From positions 47,182,001 through 47,246,000 of the forward strand of contig NC_043015.1 in NCBI RefSeq assembly GCF_006345805.1: DNA of 64,000 nucleotides, written 5' to 3'. Origin of the DNA: Octopus sinensis. Its lineage: Eukaryota. Shown one piece after another: positions 1-12,131 of this stretch. The position numbers and the translations under genes are program-made. A model generated the notes under the pieces. It made no database searches and was not told the origin of the DNA. It saw only the letters and a program-made list of their open reading frames with translations. Position 1 is the stretch's first letter; each line of letters opens with the position of its first letter.

Positions 1-491
1 CACCTAATGCAGCAATCAATGCTCAAGTCGACAGTCAGCAATTAGAGCGTTTGAACCAAGCTTTGAAGAAAAAAAACCCACTTTAGTGAAACGAAAACGA
101 GTGATATTTCATCAGGACAATGTGCAACCCCACACTGCAAAGATCACATCACAGAAGATCGAAGACGCTGGTTGGGAAAAAATTCCTCATCCACCTTATT
201 CTCCCAACCTTGCTCCTTCAGACTACCATTTGTTTCATAGTTTACAGAATTATTTCGGGAACATAACTTTTATAAGCCAGAAGGAAGTCGAAACTGTTAA
301 TTCAGAGTTCTTCGCTTTGAGACCAAAAGAGTTTTACATTGATGGGATTAAAAAGCTTGTAAATAGATGGAAGGAAGTCATAGATAATCAGGGAAAGTAC
401 ATTGATGATTAAAATTTCAATTAAATATAACATTTGATCACTTGTTTTCTTTATTCAAAATTTTGAACAGAACTTATAGGATGACTTGATA
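1..491 (+). mobile_element. Mariner transposon, 3' part with right TIR; frameshifted transposase
   Basis: FHQDN...HPPYSPNLAPSDYHLF catalytic motifs (86-412); upstream frame offset by 1 nt; TIR ACAGAACTTATAGGATGACTTGATA at 467-491 followed by TA. Confidence 0.9.
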
Positions 492-606
492 TAAAGCAGA
501 ATGTGTAATCAAGCAGTGACTGCTACCATAACTAAAATTGTAATTTCAACTAATTAAAATTACATGCTTTCTCTATAAGGCATGCTGATGTCCACAGCTA
601 ATATAC

Positions 607-1170
607 ATTATTATTATTATGGCTGCCCCCTCGTTATCGAGTATGGCCATTGCACGAAGCTTAATTGTTACTGGTGCTGTGACCGAATGTGACTTTTTAG
701 CCCAGCTAAAGATCTACAATGTCTTGTACAAAATTGGCAACTAAAACCTTTACCGGTAATAGCCGGCTGTAGTTGTAACTGGGCTTCATGTACCTTTGCA
801 TGTCGTTTAAGTCCTCCTGCCGAATTACATTCTCTTCCACATGCCTAACAGATATGATTAGTATGGTGTGTTACACCACCACCAGTGGCCAGGTTGTCAC
901 TCATCTGTCTTGTTTTATGACTCTGAAGATTACTCTAGAGTCCAGCTTTACTGAGGCAGGGTCTTGCACAGACATTGCATGTCAGCATCAAAGGAAGACC
1001 CTTCCCATCTGGAAGTGTAACAGCGATGCCCTTCCTGACATCCCTCCTTACTTTCTCATGTGCAACTTGAGATTTCTCAAAAGTGGCTGTCCCCTTGTGC
1101 ACAATCCTTCTTCACCTGCTACGATCAACAGCTATGCCTTCCCATGTGTCAGGAGAGATGCAAGCATCTT
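607..1170 (-). mobile_element. RTE-clade LINE 3' end with three C-terminal C2H2-type fingers, decayed
   Basis: Minus-strand translation DTWEGIAVDRSR*RRIVHKG...FE then CNVCARPCLSKAGL, CGRECNSAGGLKRHAKVH, CQFCTRHCRSLAGLKSHIRSQH; (ATA)n tail at 607-620. Confidence 0.7.
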
Positions 1171-1171
1171 A

Positions 1172-1173
1172 AT

Positions 1174-1234
<61 letters not shown>

Positions 1235-1498
1235 TACATACATACATACATACACACATACATACATACATGCATACACACATACATACATACATGCATA
1301 CACACATACATGCATACACACATACATACACACTACATACATACATACATACATACACACATACATACATACATACACACATACATACATACATACATAC
1401 ACACATACATACATGCATACACACATACATACATACACACACACATACATACACACACACATACATACATACATACATACACACATACATACACACAT
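1172..1498. repeat. (CA)n/(ACAT)n microsatellite
   Basis: Visible tandem repeat; source of the HTYI/VCMY ORFs. Confidence 0.97.
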
Positions 1499-2348
1499 GT
1501 GGCTGCTACCATTACTAAAATTGTAATTTTAACTAATTAAAATTACATGCTTTCTCCATAAGGCATACTGATGCCCACAGCTAATATACATTATTATTAT
1601 CATGGCTGCACCCTCGTTTTCGAGTATGGCCATTGCACGAAGCTTACACACATGTGTGTGTATGATATATTATAACATGATTGAAATCTAGACGGTTTAC
1701 TTTACCTCCTTTTATCTTATCTCTTTGCTTTGCTTACTGTGTCTTAGTTCAGTCATCCTCTTCCTTTCTATGATTCCTTTCTCTTCATAGTTCTTGTCAA
1801 TCTCTTGCCCTTTCTCTTCCTCACATATTTTTCTTACTCTTTCATTTACACTCTTTCTTTTGTTCTATCTTCACTCCCTTTCCTTCTGTTTCTTTCTCTA
1901 TCATTTTTCTCCTTTATCTCTGCCATGTTTTCTCTTTCTCTCTTTTATCTTGTTCTTTTATAGTTCATATCTAGACATCACCCCAGTTTTTAATGTGTAC
2001 ATCTTATGAGTCAGCAAGTTGCTCTTACATTGCTGTTTGACCTGTTAGAAATAGCAGCTAAACCTCACTCTACTGTCTTAAAAAAAAAAAAAAGAAAACA
2101 CTTTTGGATAATTTGCTGTTGGGTTGTATCAGTACAAAGGAAAAAGATGGATGGTCACAGCTGGTATGCCTTGATCAAAGCTCTGTTTGATCAAAATTGA
2201 CTTGGCAAATTTTATTTGATAAAACTTGAAAGCATAAGTTTAATAATCCAAGATCCACAACAATCTACATTGTTAATAATGTCCAAAAACATCAGTCAAC
2301 TGATCTCATTGGAATTATCTCCCTTGCTTATTGTTTTTATATTTCTAA

Positions 2349-2568
2349 CCCTTTAGCATTTAAACTGGCCATATCAGGCTCAAATATTCTACATGTTTTA
2401 TGTTCAGACTGGCCAGATCCAGCCTATTACACCTACCCTACAATGTCTTTCTAAAAATAAACAATCGCATCATTGAAACCTCAAAACTATGAGATAATGC
2501 ATAATTTATTCAAAACAATGTGAATGAATAAGCATTACATGTGACAGAATAATCTCAATGCCAAAGGG
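2349..2568. mobile_element. piggyBac-like MITE, family 1
   Basis: Termini CCCTTTAGCATT...AATGCCAAAGGG with degenerate TTAA flanks; partial copies near 2880-2970 and 14270-14395. Confidence 0.6.
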
Positions 2569-3354
2569 TTACATACCCCAGAGTGAGTTTTTGTATACTA
2601 ATTGCTTGGATAATCTCAGTTGATCAAGTTTTTTGACTCACTGCTTATAAATCCTGTTGACATTTCAAGACTCCCTTAGTCTCATCTTCATGTTGAAGTG
2701 TTGACAAAGGCAGAGTTGTTACTGTATTTCTGAAGCTGGCAGCAGAAACGTGTGTAATAGTCTCACTATTATCAGCTTATTTTGATAATGCAATCGAGAA
2801 GATCTTGAAACGAAATTGAACTTAGAAATATTATTGTTACGAATAAAATATAGAAGACACAGAAAATCATCGTCATCAAACTGGCCAGATTCAGCTCAAA
2901 TATTTTTTACCTGTTTTACCTGTTTTATGTTCAAACTGACCAGATCCAGCCTCTCATACCTACCCTGTATTTTCTTTTACCCAAAACCAGGAATTTTTCA
3001 GCGCCCCTCATGTAGATACACATATGACAGGCTTTCAGTTTCTGTACACTAAATCCATTCACAAGGCTCTGGTCGGCTCAGGACTATAGGTAGCGGCTAC
3101 TTATCCAAAGTGCGTTACAGTTGGACTGAACCTGAATCCATGTGGTTGGGAAGCAAACTTCTTACCACATAGCCATGCCTGAAAAAAAAATTGAATTAAA
3201 AGAAGGATTAAACTTGAAAATGATTAAGTTTTGAATATACATAACTGAAAGAAATGCTGTTACATACACACACACACACACACACACATGTGCACACTCA
3301 CTAACATTCAAGTTCATAGCTGTTTATGTGTAACTTATTATTATTATTATGGGT

Positions 3355-3618
3355 CATCTGGCACCTGTGTCGGTGGCACATAAAAACACCATCTGAGCGT
3401 GGCCGTCTGCCAGCCTCGTCTGGCACCTGTGTCGGTGGCACATAAAATCACCCACTACACTCTCGGAGTGGTTGGCGTTAGGAAGGGCATCCAGCTGTAG
3501 AAACACTGCCAGATCTGACTGGCCTGGTGCAGCCTTCGGGCTCCCAGACCCCAGTTGAACCGTCCAACCCATGCTAGCATGGAAAGCGGACGTTAAATGA
3601 TGATGATGATGATGATGG
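3355..3618 (+). mobile_element. RTE-derived 3'UTR repeat (family C) with (ATG)n tail; about 17 copies, e.g. 21840-22070, 26465-27003, 35660-36240, 38280-38640, 40135-40503, 55200-55525, 61025-61245
   Basis: Shared core GGAGTGGTTGGCGTTAGGAAGGGCATCCAGCTGTAGAAAC...CCATGCTAGCATGGAAAGCGGACGTTAAA then (TGA)n; internal about 60-bp subrepeats. Confidence 0.85.
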
Positions 3619-3619
3619 G

Positions 3620-3964
3620 TGAATTGTGCAAGAATGGCCAGTGTAAATGGACCAATTCTGAGGTTTCGCCTGTAATTGAAAAAGGTATTATAAAAGGAGA
3701 AAGGGGCTCTCTACCCACCTTTTGACCAGGCTCCCGTGGCTTTTATGGGTTTTTCCACATGAGACCTTTTCTTTTTTTTTTCGAAGCGTCTCCTCTATTG
3801 GGAGTTTTGTAAATTGTTGAATTTTTTCGTTGTTGTAAGGCTTGTTTACACGGACTTTTTTCTTTCAAAAAACGGACAAAACCTTTTGTAACCTTTCGTC
3901 CTGTTTTGTCCCTTTATGTTTTCCCATCATATTTGTCAGCCCTTGTGGCCAATAAAAAGAATTA

Positions 3965-4010
<46 letters not shown>
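3620..4010 (+). mobile_element. LINE 3' end (L1/Tx1-like, clade uncertain) with (ATT)n tail
   Basis: Short reading frame ARMASVNGPILRFRL-stop, T-rich 3'UTR, AATAAA then (TTA)n. Confidence 0.45.
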
Positions 4011-4011
<1 letters not shown>

Positions 4012-4041
4012 GTTCAATTTCACTTCTGTTAGAAGACAGAG

Positions 4042-4179
4042 ATGTTAGCTGCATACTTTGACAGTCCAGGTGAACCTGATGTACTCTATGTGAATCAAGT
4101 ACCAATTCCTGAATTAGAGGACAATGAAGTTCTCGTAAAGGTGCAGGCCAGTGCTATTAACAGAGCAGATACCTTGCAG
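4042..4179 (+). CDS. TP53I3: Quinone oxidoreductase PIG3 (zeta-crystallin/MDR family), coding exon 1 of 7
   Basis: MLAAYFDSPGEPDVLYVNQVPIPELEDNEVLVKVQASAINRADTLQ matches the human PIG3 N-terminus (MLAVHFDKPGGPENLYV...SALNRAD); donor GTGAGT at 4180; acceptor-like TTCTGTTAG ending 4032 suggests an upstream non-coding exon. Confidence 0.93.
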
Positions 4180-4658
4180 GTGAGTATCATTATTGTTGTT
4201 GTTGTTATTGCATAGGTTCACTTGTTGCTTGGGTTGAGCTGGTGAATGATATATTTCACGAGCTGTGAGAATAATGACAGAAGCAAGGTCACAAACATTT
4301 AACTTGATCCAAGCATGTGGATCATGACATTGAGTAAGGACTCCATAAGCTGATTATTTCATCATCAGAGAGTGAGAAGTCAGAGAGATGTAAAAATGAA
4401 GAACTATTCCCAATTGAGGATATTTTTACATTCCAACTTGTCAAAAATGAAGGAAGGAAGGAAGAAAATAGGTATACATTATACAGTTCCATGACCAAAT
4501 AACTAAATTATAGGTAAGGTCCATTAGCAGTTTCAAATGAGAATGTTCGGTGATAATCCATGGCATATATCTCATGTCATGCAGTAAAGTGGGTTCATTA
4601 GTCACCAGTGGAGCCACAAGTGTAAAGTATAATTTTGTCTGATACACAATATTCTTAA

Positions 4659-4879
4659 CCCTTTTGTTACTGTATTTCTGTTGAGATGCTCTGTGTTTCT
4701 TTCAATTACTTTAAATATAACAAAGAATTTAGTAAAATAACTTAGTTATCATTCAGCCATTGTTAGGAACATAAATTGTGACTAAGGTTTAGTAGAAGAT
4801 TTAAATTCAAAACTTATGAAAACAAGACATTTGTACTACAGAGCCAGAGCCGGTTTCAGCCGGGTTGGTAACGAAAGGG
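4659..4879. mobile_element. piggyBac-like MITE, family 2, copy 1
   Basis: TTAA|CCCTTTTGTTAC...GTAACGAAAGGG; near-identical body at 19469 and 60491. Confidence 0.8.
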
Positions 4880-4983
4880 TATGGTCAATGATTGTCTTCT
4901 TTGGTCATGGGTAGACAGCCATCATGTAAGTATGTATAAAGAAATGCATGAATGTATGTATGCATATATATATATATATATAA

Positions 4984-5300
4984 TGTGGAGGCACAATGGC
5001 CCAATGGTTAGGGCAGCGGACTCGCTGTTGGAGGATCACGGTTTTGATTCCCAGACCGGGCGTTGTGTGTGTTTATTAAGCAAAAACACCTAAAAAAGCT
5101 CCATGAGGCTCCGGCAGGGGGTGGTGACGACCCCTATTGTACTCTTTCGCCCCCAACTTTCTCTCACTCTTTCTTCCTGTTTCTTGAGTAACACTGCGAT
5201 GGACTCATGTCCCGTCCAGCTGGGGGTAACACATACGCCACAGAAAACAGGAAACTGGGCCCATGAGCCTGGTTAGGCTTGAAAAGGGCACAAATAAAAA
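4984..5300 (+). mobile_element. tRNA-derived SINE, family D (also 27639-28009 and 34826-35115 on - strand)
   Basis: Head GTGGAGGCACAATGGCCCAATGGTTAGGGCAGCGGACTCG with A and B boxes; the 27639 copy has an 11-bp TSD TATACCAGTAT (27628-27638 / 28010-28020). Confidence 0.8.
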
Positions 5301-5637
5301 AAAAATAATATATATATATATTTTCATATATATACATATATAAAAATTTTTTTCTGTAATGAGATAAAATACCAAGGCTGTGTTGTGTAATGGATAAACA
5401 ATTCCTTGGCGTCTCTCTTAAGGACACAATATTCTAAAATCTACAGAGCCTTGGTTTTTTTATATCATTACAGAAGAAAGAAATTTTATATACACCCACT
5501 GACATATGACCAACATTGACCCCCCCCTTAGTTGCATAATCACCGAACCTGGAACTTAACTATGGTCTATCCATAGCACTTATTCAGCATTACCTGACAC
5601 CTTTGGGTCTCACTGACACCATTACCTCTCATAACCT

Positions 5638-5696
<59 letters not shown>

Positions 5697-5741
5697 TGTG
5701 TGTGTGTATATAAATATTTGATTTCTAAATTTTTGTTTCAG

Positions 5742-5877
5742 CGCCGAGGCTTATATCCAATCCCTCCTGGGGCAAGTCCTATCTTGGGACTCGAAGTTTC
5801 TGGAACCATTGAGAAAGTCGGCGCTTCAGTGGGTTCTGCATGGAAAGTTGGTGACAAAGTCATGTGTCTTTGTAATG
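5742..5877 (+). CDS. TP53I3: PIG3 coding exon 2
   Basis: TTTCAG acceptor; [27 protein letters not shown]...[12 protein letters not shown]; GTGAG donor, phase 1. Confidence 0.93.
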
Positions 5878-6471
5878 GTGAGTGGAGCACTTAGAAAAGT
5901 TCAAGGGGGAAGCATTCGTTGTACATTGTAAGGTTGTAGGTAAGGTAATACTAGATTTAGTAGACATGTTGGTTACTGTTTACTATGCTTAAGAAATATT
6001 TGAACCTGTAAGAAAGCCATTCACTGTTTTTTTGTCATGGAGAAAGATTCTCATCATCATCATTTAACGTCTGTTTTCCATGCCGGCATGGGTTAGATGG
6101 TTTGACTGGAGCTGGCAAGCTAGAGAGCTGCTTCAGACTCCAATTGTCTGTTTTGTCATGGTTTCTATGGCCAGATGCCCTTTCTAATGCCAGCTGCTTT
6201 ACAGAATGTACTGGGTGTCTCTTTTATGTGTCCCTGGCATGGGTGCCTCCTATGTGTGTCCTCATTGTAGACAAAATGCAGTGAATGACTTTCTTATAAG
6301 TTTGAATATATCTCAAGAATATTTGAACTGGTAATGACCTTGTATTTATACACACCACTGCTTGGTGCTTCTAATACTTGGGCCGAACAAAGCATTATGG
6401 ATCAATTTGGTAGACAGAAACTTGTTTCATATATATGTGTGTGTGCATGTGTTTCTATGTGTGTATGTGTA

Positions 6472-7951
6472 CGCGAGCCCTTAACACGACTATTCAATAT
6501 GTCATTGGCGACGGGTGTTATACCTGCAGACTGGAGAACAGCGATAATCTGCCCAATTTTCAAGAAAGGGAGCTGCGAAGACCCGCTTAACTACCGACCG
6601 GTTTCCCTTACATCAATAATCAGCAAGATGTTCGAAACCATCCTTAAGAAAAGTATGATGCTCCACCTCCTAAACACAGCCTCGATCACTGATTCCCAAC
6701 ACGGCTTCGTGCCGAAGAGATCATGCTTGACCAACTTACTAGTAATGGAAGAATTAGTGACGCGCATCCTCGATGATAGTGATGCTGTTGACATTGTTTT
6801 ATTGGACTTTGCCAAAGCTTTTGACTCGGTAAACCACCGCCTACTACTTGTCAAGCTTCAAGCATATAGTTTCCATCCGGATATTGTACGATGGGTTGGT
6901 GCCTTCCTCTCAGATCGCTCCTTCCAAGTTCAAGTTAATGGTTCGCAGTCCGACGTCTCCAGTGCGAGCAGTGGCGTGCCTCAAGGTTCAGTGCTTGGGC
7001 CCTTGTTGTTCTTAGTCTTCATAAATGACTTGCCCGACGACCTCACGCAACACACCCTTCTATTTGCCGATGATATCAAACTGGTCGCTCCTCGCGGTAG
7101 TATAGAGGATCTTCGTCGATGCCTCCACCAAATTTGGAAGTGGTCTAACGATTGGGACCTGTGTCTGAACGTGTCAAAGTGCTGTCATCTGCCTGTCGGC
7201 TCTACTCCTGCAACTCAACTTGATTTCGAGCCGGGTCGTCTGCTGCTGGAGAGGACCGATCAGGTAAAGGACCTGGGTATCTTGGTGGATTCCTCCTTTT
7301 CGCCTTCGGCCCAGTGCGTCCATGCTGCCAACAAAGCGCGCGGAATTCTGTTTTTGATTCGACGGTCATTCGGAATGCTCACAGCAGCCATATTCCTGCC
7401 ACTCTATGTCACGCTGGTGAGACCCATATTGGAGTATGGGATTCAAGCCTCTTCTCTTTATCTCCTCAAAGACATACAGCACCTCGAAAGAGTCCAGAGG
7501 CTGGCTACCCGCATGGTTCATGGTCTCAAAAATTTGTCCTGCGAAGAAAGGCTGAGGACGCTCGACCTTTGTTCTCTTGAAAAACGCCGCCGCCGTGGTG
7601 ATCTCATTCTCGCCCACAACATCATAAGCGGGAAGTGTAACCTCTCGAAAGAGCTGTTCTTCACTCCTGCTCCGGAGCGTCGGCTGCGGGGTCATTCTGA
7701 AAAGCTCTTCCTGCGACGATTTCATCTCAATCGAAGGAGAGGAGCTTTCTCCGTCCGGGTTGCGGATCCGTGGAACAAGCTGCCAGACGAGATGGTGAAG
7801 ATGCCGACGACCGCTTTGTTCAAAGCCTCCCTGGACCTCAAGTGGCCTGAACTCTTTACATGAACACCACCCTGTACTTAACTCCATGTCCCCCTACATG
7901 GCCTTGCTATTTGCTTTTGAGCCAAATTAACTAAGTAACTAACTAACTAAC
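6472..7951 (+). mobile_element. CR1-clade LINE, 5'-truncated, uninterrupted reverse transcriptase ORF to 7863, (TAAC)n tail
   Basis: YRPVSLTS, QHGF, LDFAKAFDSV, GVPQGSVLGPLLF, FADD, KDLG, LERVQRLATR, WNKLP motifs; GC/CpG-rich relative to flanks; the ORF-track start at 6334 is non-element sequence. Confidence 0.93.
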
Positions 7952-8444
7952 ATATTTGTGTCTCCTTGTCCTGACATCACAGGATAGTTACTATAAATGA
8001 ATGTCAGTATTACGTGAACAAAGACAGTCCCTAATTTGTAATCATACCTAAAAACATGTCTGGCTGTGCAAAAACATTACCTTGCTTGAAAACAGGTGAG
8101 CGTTGGGTGGCAAGAAGGTCATCTGACTGTAGAAAATCTGCCTCAGTGAATCTCATCTGATCCATGCTAGCACGTAGAAGTAGATGTTAAAATTATAGGA
8201 TGATGATAATGATGTGCGTGTGTGTGAAGTCACATGACCAAGTGGTTTTTGTGCTGGGCCCATGCTCTAATGGTGGGGTGTTAATATACACTTATTAAAA
8301 AAAAGATAGTTGTTCTCTTGAGCCTGCTAGCTCGTTAGGTCAGAGCTTATCCTGGTTTCTGTATATTCGACTAAAAAACCCACTAAGATGGTGCTCCAGC
8401 ATGGCCACAGTCAAGTGACTGAGAACAAGTAAAAGTAAAGAATA

Positions 8445-8504
8445 TCTATCTATCTATCTATCTGTCTGTCTATCTTTCTATCGAGCTATCTATCTATCTA
8501 TCTT

Positions 8505-8575
<71 letters not shown>

Positions 8576-8649
8576 GTCTATCTATCTATTTATCTATCTG
8601 TCTATCTATTTATCTATCTATCTATCTGTCTGTCTATCTTTCTATCGAG

Positions 8650-8724
<75 letters not shown>

Positions 8725-8881
8725 GCTATCTATCTAGCTATCTTTCTATCGAGCTATCTATCTATCTATCTATCTGTCTTTCTATATTTCTATCTATCTA
8801 TCTATCTTGCTATCTATCTATCTATCTATCTGTCTGTCTATATTTCTATCTACTTAGCTATCTTTCTATCTATCTACTTAG

Positions 8882-8948
<67 letters not shown>
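8445..8948. repeat. (CTAT)n microsatellite, about 500 bp
   Basis: Visible tandem repeat. Confidence 0.97.
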
Positions 8949-8949
<1 letters not shown>

Positions 8950-8977
8950 ACACACACTCACACACACACACTCGCAC

Positions 8978-9011
<34 letters not shown>

Positions 9012-9071
9012 GTGTGTACTAGAAATTCTTTGTTAACAAATGTTTATTCTCTTTGCATCTTTTCATCTTAG

Positions 9072-9203
9072 GTGGAGGAAATGCTGAGTTTGTTGCAGTG
9101 CACTTTAAACATGTGATGCCAATGCCTGCAAATACGAACTTCTTAGAAGCAGCTGCCATTCCAGAGGTTTGGCTCACTGCCTTTCAACTATTACATTTTG
9201 TCG
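9072..9203 (+). CDS. TP53I3: PIG3 coding exon 3
   Basis: CTTAG acceptor; GGGNAEFVAV...EAAAIPEVWLTAFQLLHFVG; GTATG donor, phase 1. Confidence 0.93.
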
Positions 9204-9369
9204 GTATGGTCTCTTCTTTCACCTTCTGTTCAATGTTCTCGTGTTTATCTCTCGTTTTTTGTCTGTATAAATAATTGTACAATTTTAACTCTGTGTGTGT
9301 GTGTTATTTTTTTTTCTTGCCTTCTCTCCCTGTATAAATGCATGATTAAAAATGTGTGGTATAAATGTA

Positions 9370-9887
9370 CTGTAAATCCTCAAGTATAGTTCGCCCTTGA
9401 GTATAATACGCAGGGGATTTTTAGGGGGCTGTACCTCTGAAAAACCTAAACCTTGTGTATGATATGCACCCCTTCTCTAACTTGAGTCACGGAGGTCTAT
9501 ATAACGTCCTTGGTTTGTAAAAATGTATAGGGTAACGTCCTTTAATATTATTGTATATATAACATAATGCAAACGTGTAGCTTTTTTGTGCATTTTGTTT
9601 GCAGAAAATAAAGAAATAACAGTAATAACAGTAATAGCGTTTAATAAATGTTGCTTACTGCAAGTTATGGATGATTCTTTTATGACTTCATTGCTTTCAG
9701 GCTTAGCTTAAGGTATTTTCATGCCCGACATCATAAAATGCGCCTGAATAAACATTGCTGGACAGCAAATAGAGTCTCGGACATTGCTTAGAAAATATTT
9801 TTCATTTTTAACCTCGTATATAGTATGCACTAAGGATTTTGGCCTTTACATTTTGGGAAAAAAATGCAGATTATACTCGCATCCCCC

Positions 9888-9890
<3 letters not shown>
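9370..9890. mobile_element. pogo/Tigger-like non-autonomous DNA element; inverted partial copy at 10768-11029
   Basis: Starts TA|CTGTAAATCCTC...GAGTATAATACGCA and ends TGCAGATTATACTCG; about 255-bp inverted duplicate. Confidence 0.45.
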
Positions 9891-9936
<46 letters not shown>

Positions 9937-10416
9937 TTATAATGATGTGCGTGTGTCATTACCCCCAAACTTTTGAGTTAAATTATGCAAACACTATATA
10001 TGAGAGAGATTTTCTTTAAGTAGTAAATAGCCTTAAAAGCAAGTTTTTTTAGCTGCTATTCTAATGAGTTCAGTATGCGGCAAGTAATTTATTTTACACT
10101 AACCTTTTATATAATGTAATAATTTGAATTCGCCTTGAATGGTCCCTTTGCATACTGAACACTTGGTGGAATTGATTAATAATTAATTAATTGCCCTCAA
10201 TTGTTGAAATTATAATTAATCTCCCTCTGATTAATGCTTCGGACTTTACCGAAATAAGCATAGAGTTTGATGATTTTAACCCACGCTGGTGGAAGGGGAG
10301 AACAGAGATCTCTTCTTGCTTGCTTATTTTGAATTGGTTGGCACTGTTAGTTGGGAGCAGATCTTCGAGAGGGTATGTTCTTATTTTCAGTGTTCCAAAT
10401 CCAAACCAAGAATTTC

Positions 10417-10468
10417 CGAGCCGATGATAGAAATGTTGTTTTGACTAATCTTGAAACGTACGTTCTCG
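10417..10468 (+). ncRNA. Decayed minimal hammerhead ribozyme motif (core U4>C)
   Basis: CGAG-CCGATGA-stem II-GAAA-CGTACG-TT-CTCG; stem I CGAG/CTCG; palindromic stem III. Confidence 0.5.
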
Positions 10469-11103
10469 AATAACCTAGCATTTGATTTTTTGATTTTTTG
10501 ATTTTTCGATGTCATTACCCCCAAACTTTTGTGAGTTAAATAAATATGCAACACTATATATGAGAGAGATTTTCTTTAAAGTCATAGATAGCCTTAAAAA
10601 AGTTTTTTAGCTGCTATTTCTAATGAGTTCAGTATGCGGCAAGTAATTTATTTTACTAAGCCCTTTTATATAATATATATATATATATATATATATTATA
10701 TACTCGCATCCCCCCCATATATATATATATATATATATATTTATACTCGCATTCCCCCCCCATATTATATATATGGGGGGGGGGATGCGAGTATAATCTG
10801 CATTTTTTTCCCAAAATGTAAAGGCCAAAATCCCTAGTGCATACTATATACGAGGTTAAAAATGAAAAATATTTTCTAAGCAATGTCCAAGTCCCTATTT
10901 GCTGTCCAGCAATGTTTATTCAGACGCATTTTATGATGTCGGGCGTGAAAATACCTTAAGCTAAGCCTGAAAGCAATGAAGTCATAAAAGAATCATCCAT
11001 AACTTGCAGTAAGCAACATTTATTAAACGTTACTACTATAGCCTTGGGTTGACCAAAGCCTTGTGAGTGGATTTGGATGATGGAAACTGAAAGAAGCCCA
11101 TTG

Positions 11104-11181
<78 letters not shown>

Positions 11182-12131
11182 TGTGTGTTCTGTTCCCCGT
11201 AACTTAGTGGTCCAGTTCGGCAATAGAGACCGATAGAATAAGTACTTGGCTTACAAAGAATAAGTCCTGGCCACAGTCAGATGACTGAAACAAATGAAAG
11301 AATATATACACACATATATATATATGATTACATACATACATATCTATCTGTCTTTCTGCCTGTCTTCTATCTATCTATCTATCTAGCTATATACACATAC
11401 ACACACACATACATACATACATACATCCATACATACATACATATATGTTTGTATGTATTTGTGTTTGTCTCCCACCACTGCTTGCTTGACAACCGGTGTT
11501 GGTTTGTTTACATCCCTGTAACTTGACAATTCAGCCAAAGAAACTGCTAGAATAAGTGCCAGTCATAAAAACACTGGGGTGGGGGTCAATCCATTCAACT
11601 AAACTCTCCAGGGCATTGCCCCAGCAATACTGCAGTACAATGACTGAAATAATTTAAGATAAAAGATAACCTTTTATCTATCGTTTAACAAATCCAGAAT
11701 TTGTTGCAAGCTAAATAAACAAGCAGAAATGCTTGTAATAAAAAAGCTTTGTAAAACAAAGGAAAATATATAAAAGACTAAAACAAACAAGCAAAAAAAG
11801 CAACGTAAATGCACAAAAAAATATTAATTATGTCACAGAATCAGACAATGTGAATATCTTTTGTGGTTGTTTTTGTTGTTGTTGTTGTTTGTTAGTTTTA
11901 ATGTACTTGTTTTTTACTTATATATCTGAATTGAGATTGGTGGTGGTGGTGGTGGTGGTTAGGTAATTGAGTGGACATGAGATAAAGACAAATGTTGTTA
12001 TCTGAATGATGGGTAAACAAATCACCCCCACCCCATCCACCCACCCACATTCGTTGTTGCCCCTTCCCCCACCCTCACACACACACACACACACACACAA
12101 TAATGCACCTAGACCAAACAGCCATGTATCA

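Noticed and set aside
788-1540. 250-aa ORF and overlapping HTYI/VCMY ORFs
   Set aside because: Antisense of a decayed RTE running into an (ACAT)n microsatellite; not a gene.
2722-2760. CTGAAGC...GAAACGTGTGTA hammerhead-like motif
   Set aside because: Core A9 missing, stem II only 2 bp and stem I does not pair; at best a very old remnant.
4984-5060. tRNA-like heads (also families A and B)
   Set aside because: They continue into SINE bodies and lack a complete cloverleaf; not tRNA genes.
6334-6471. N-terminal part of the 509-aa RT ORF
   Set aside because: Host/microsatellite sequence in frame by chance; the element is 5'-truncated and lacks the endonuclease.
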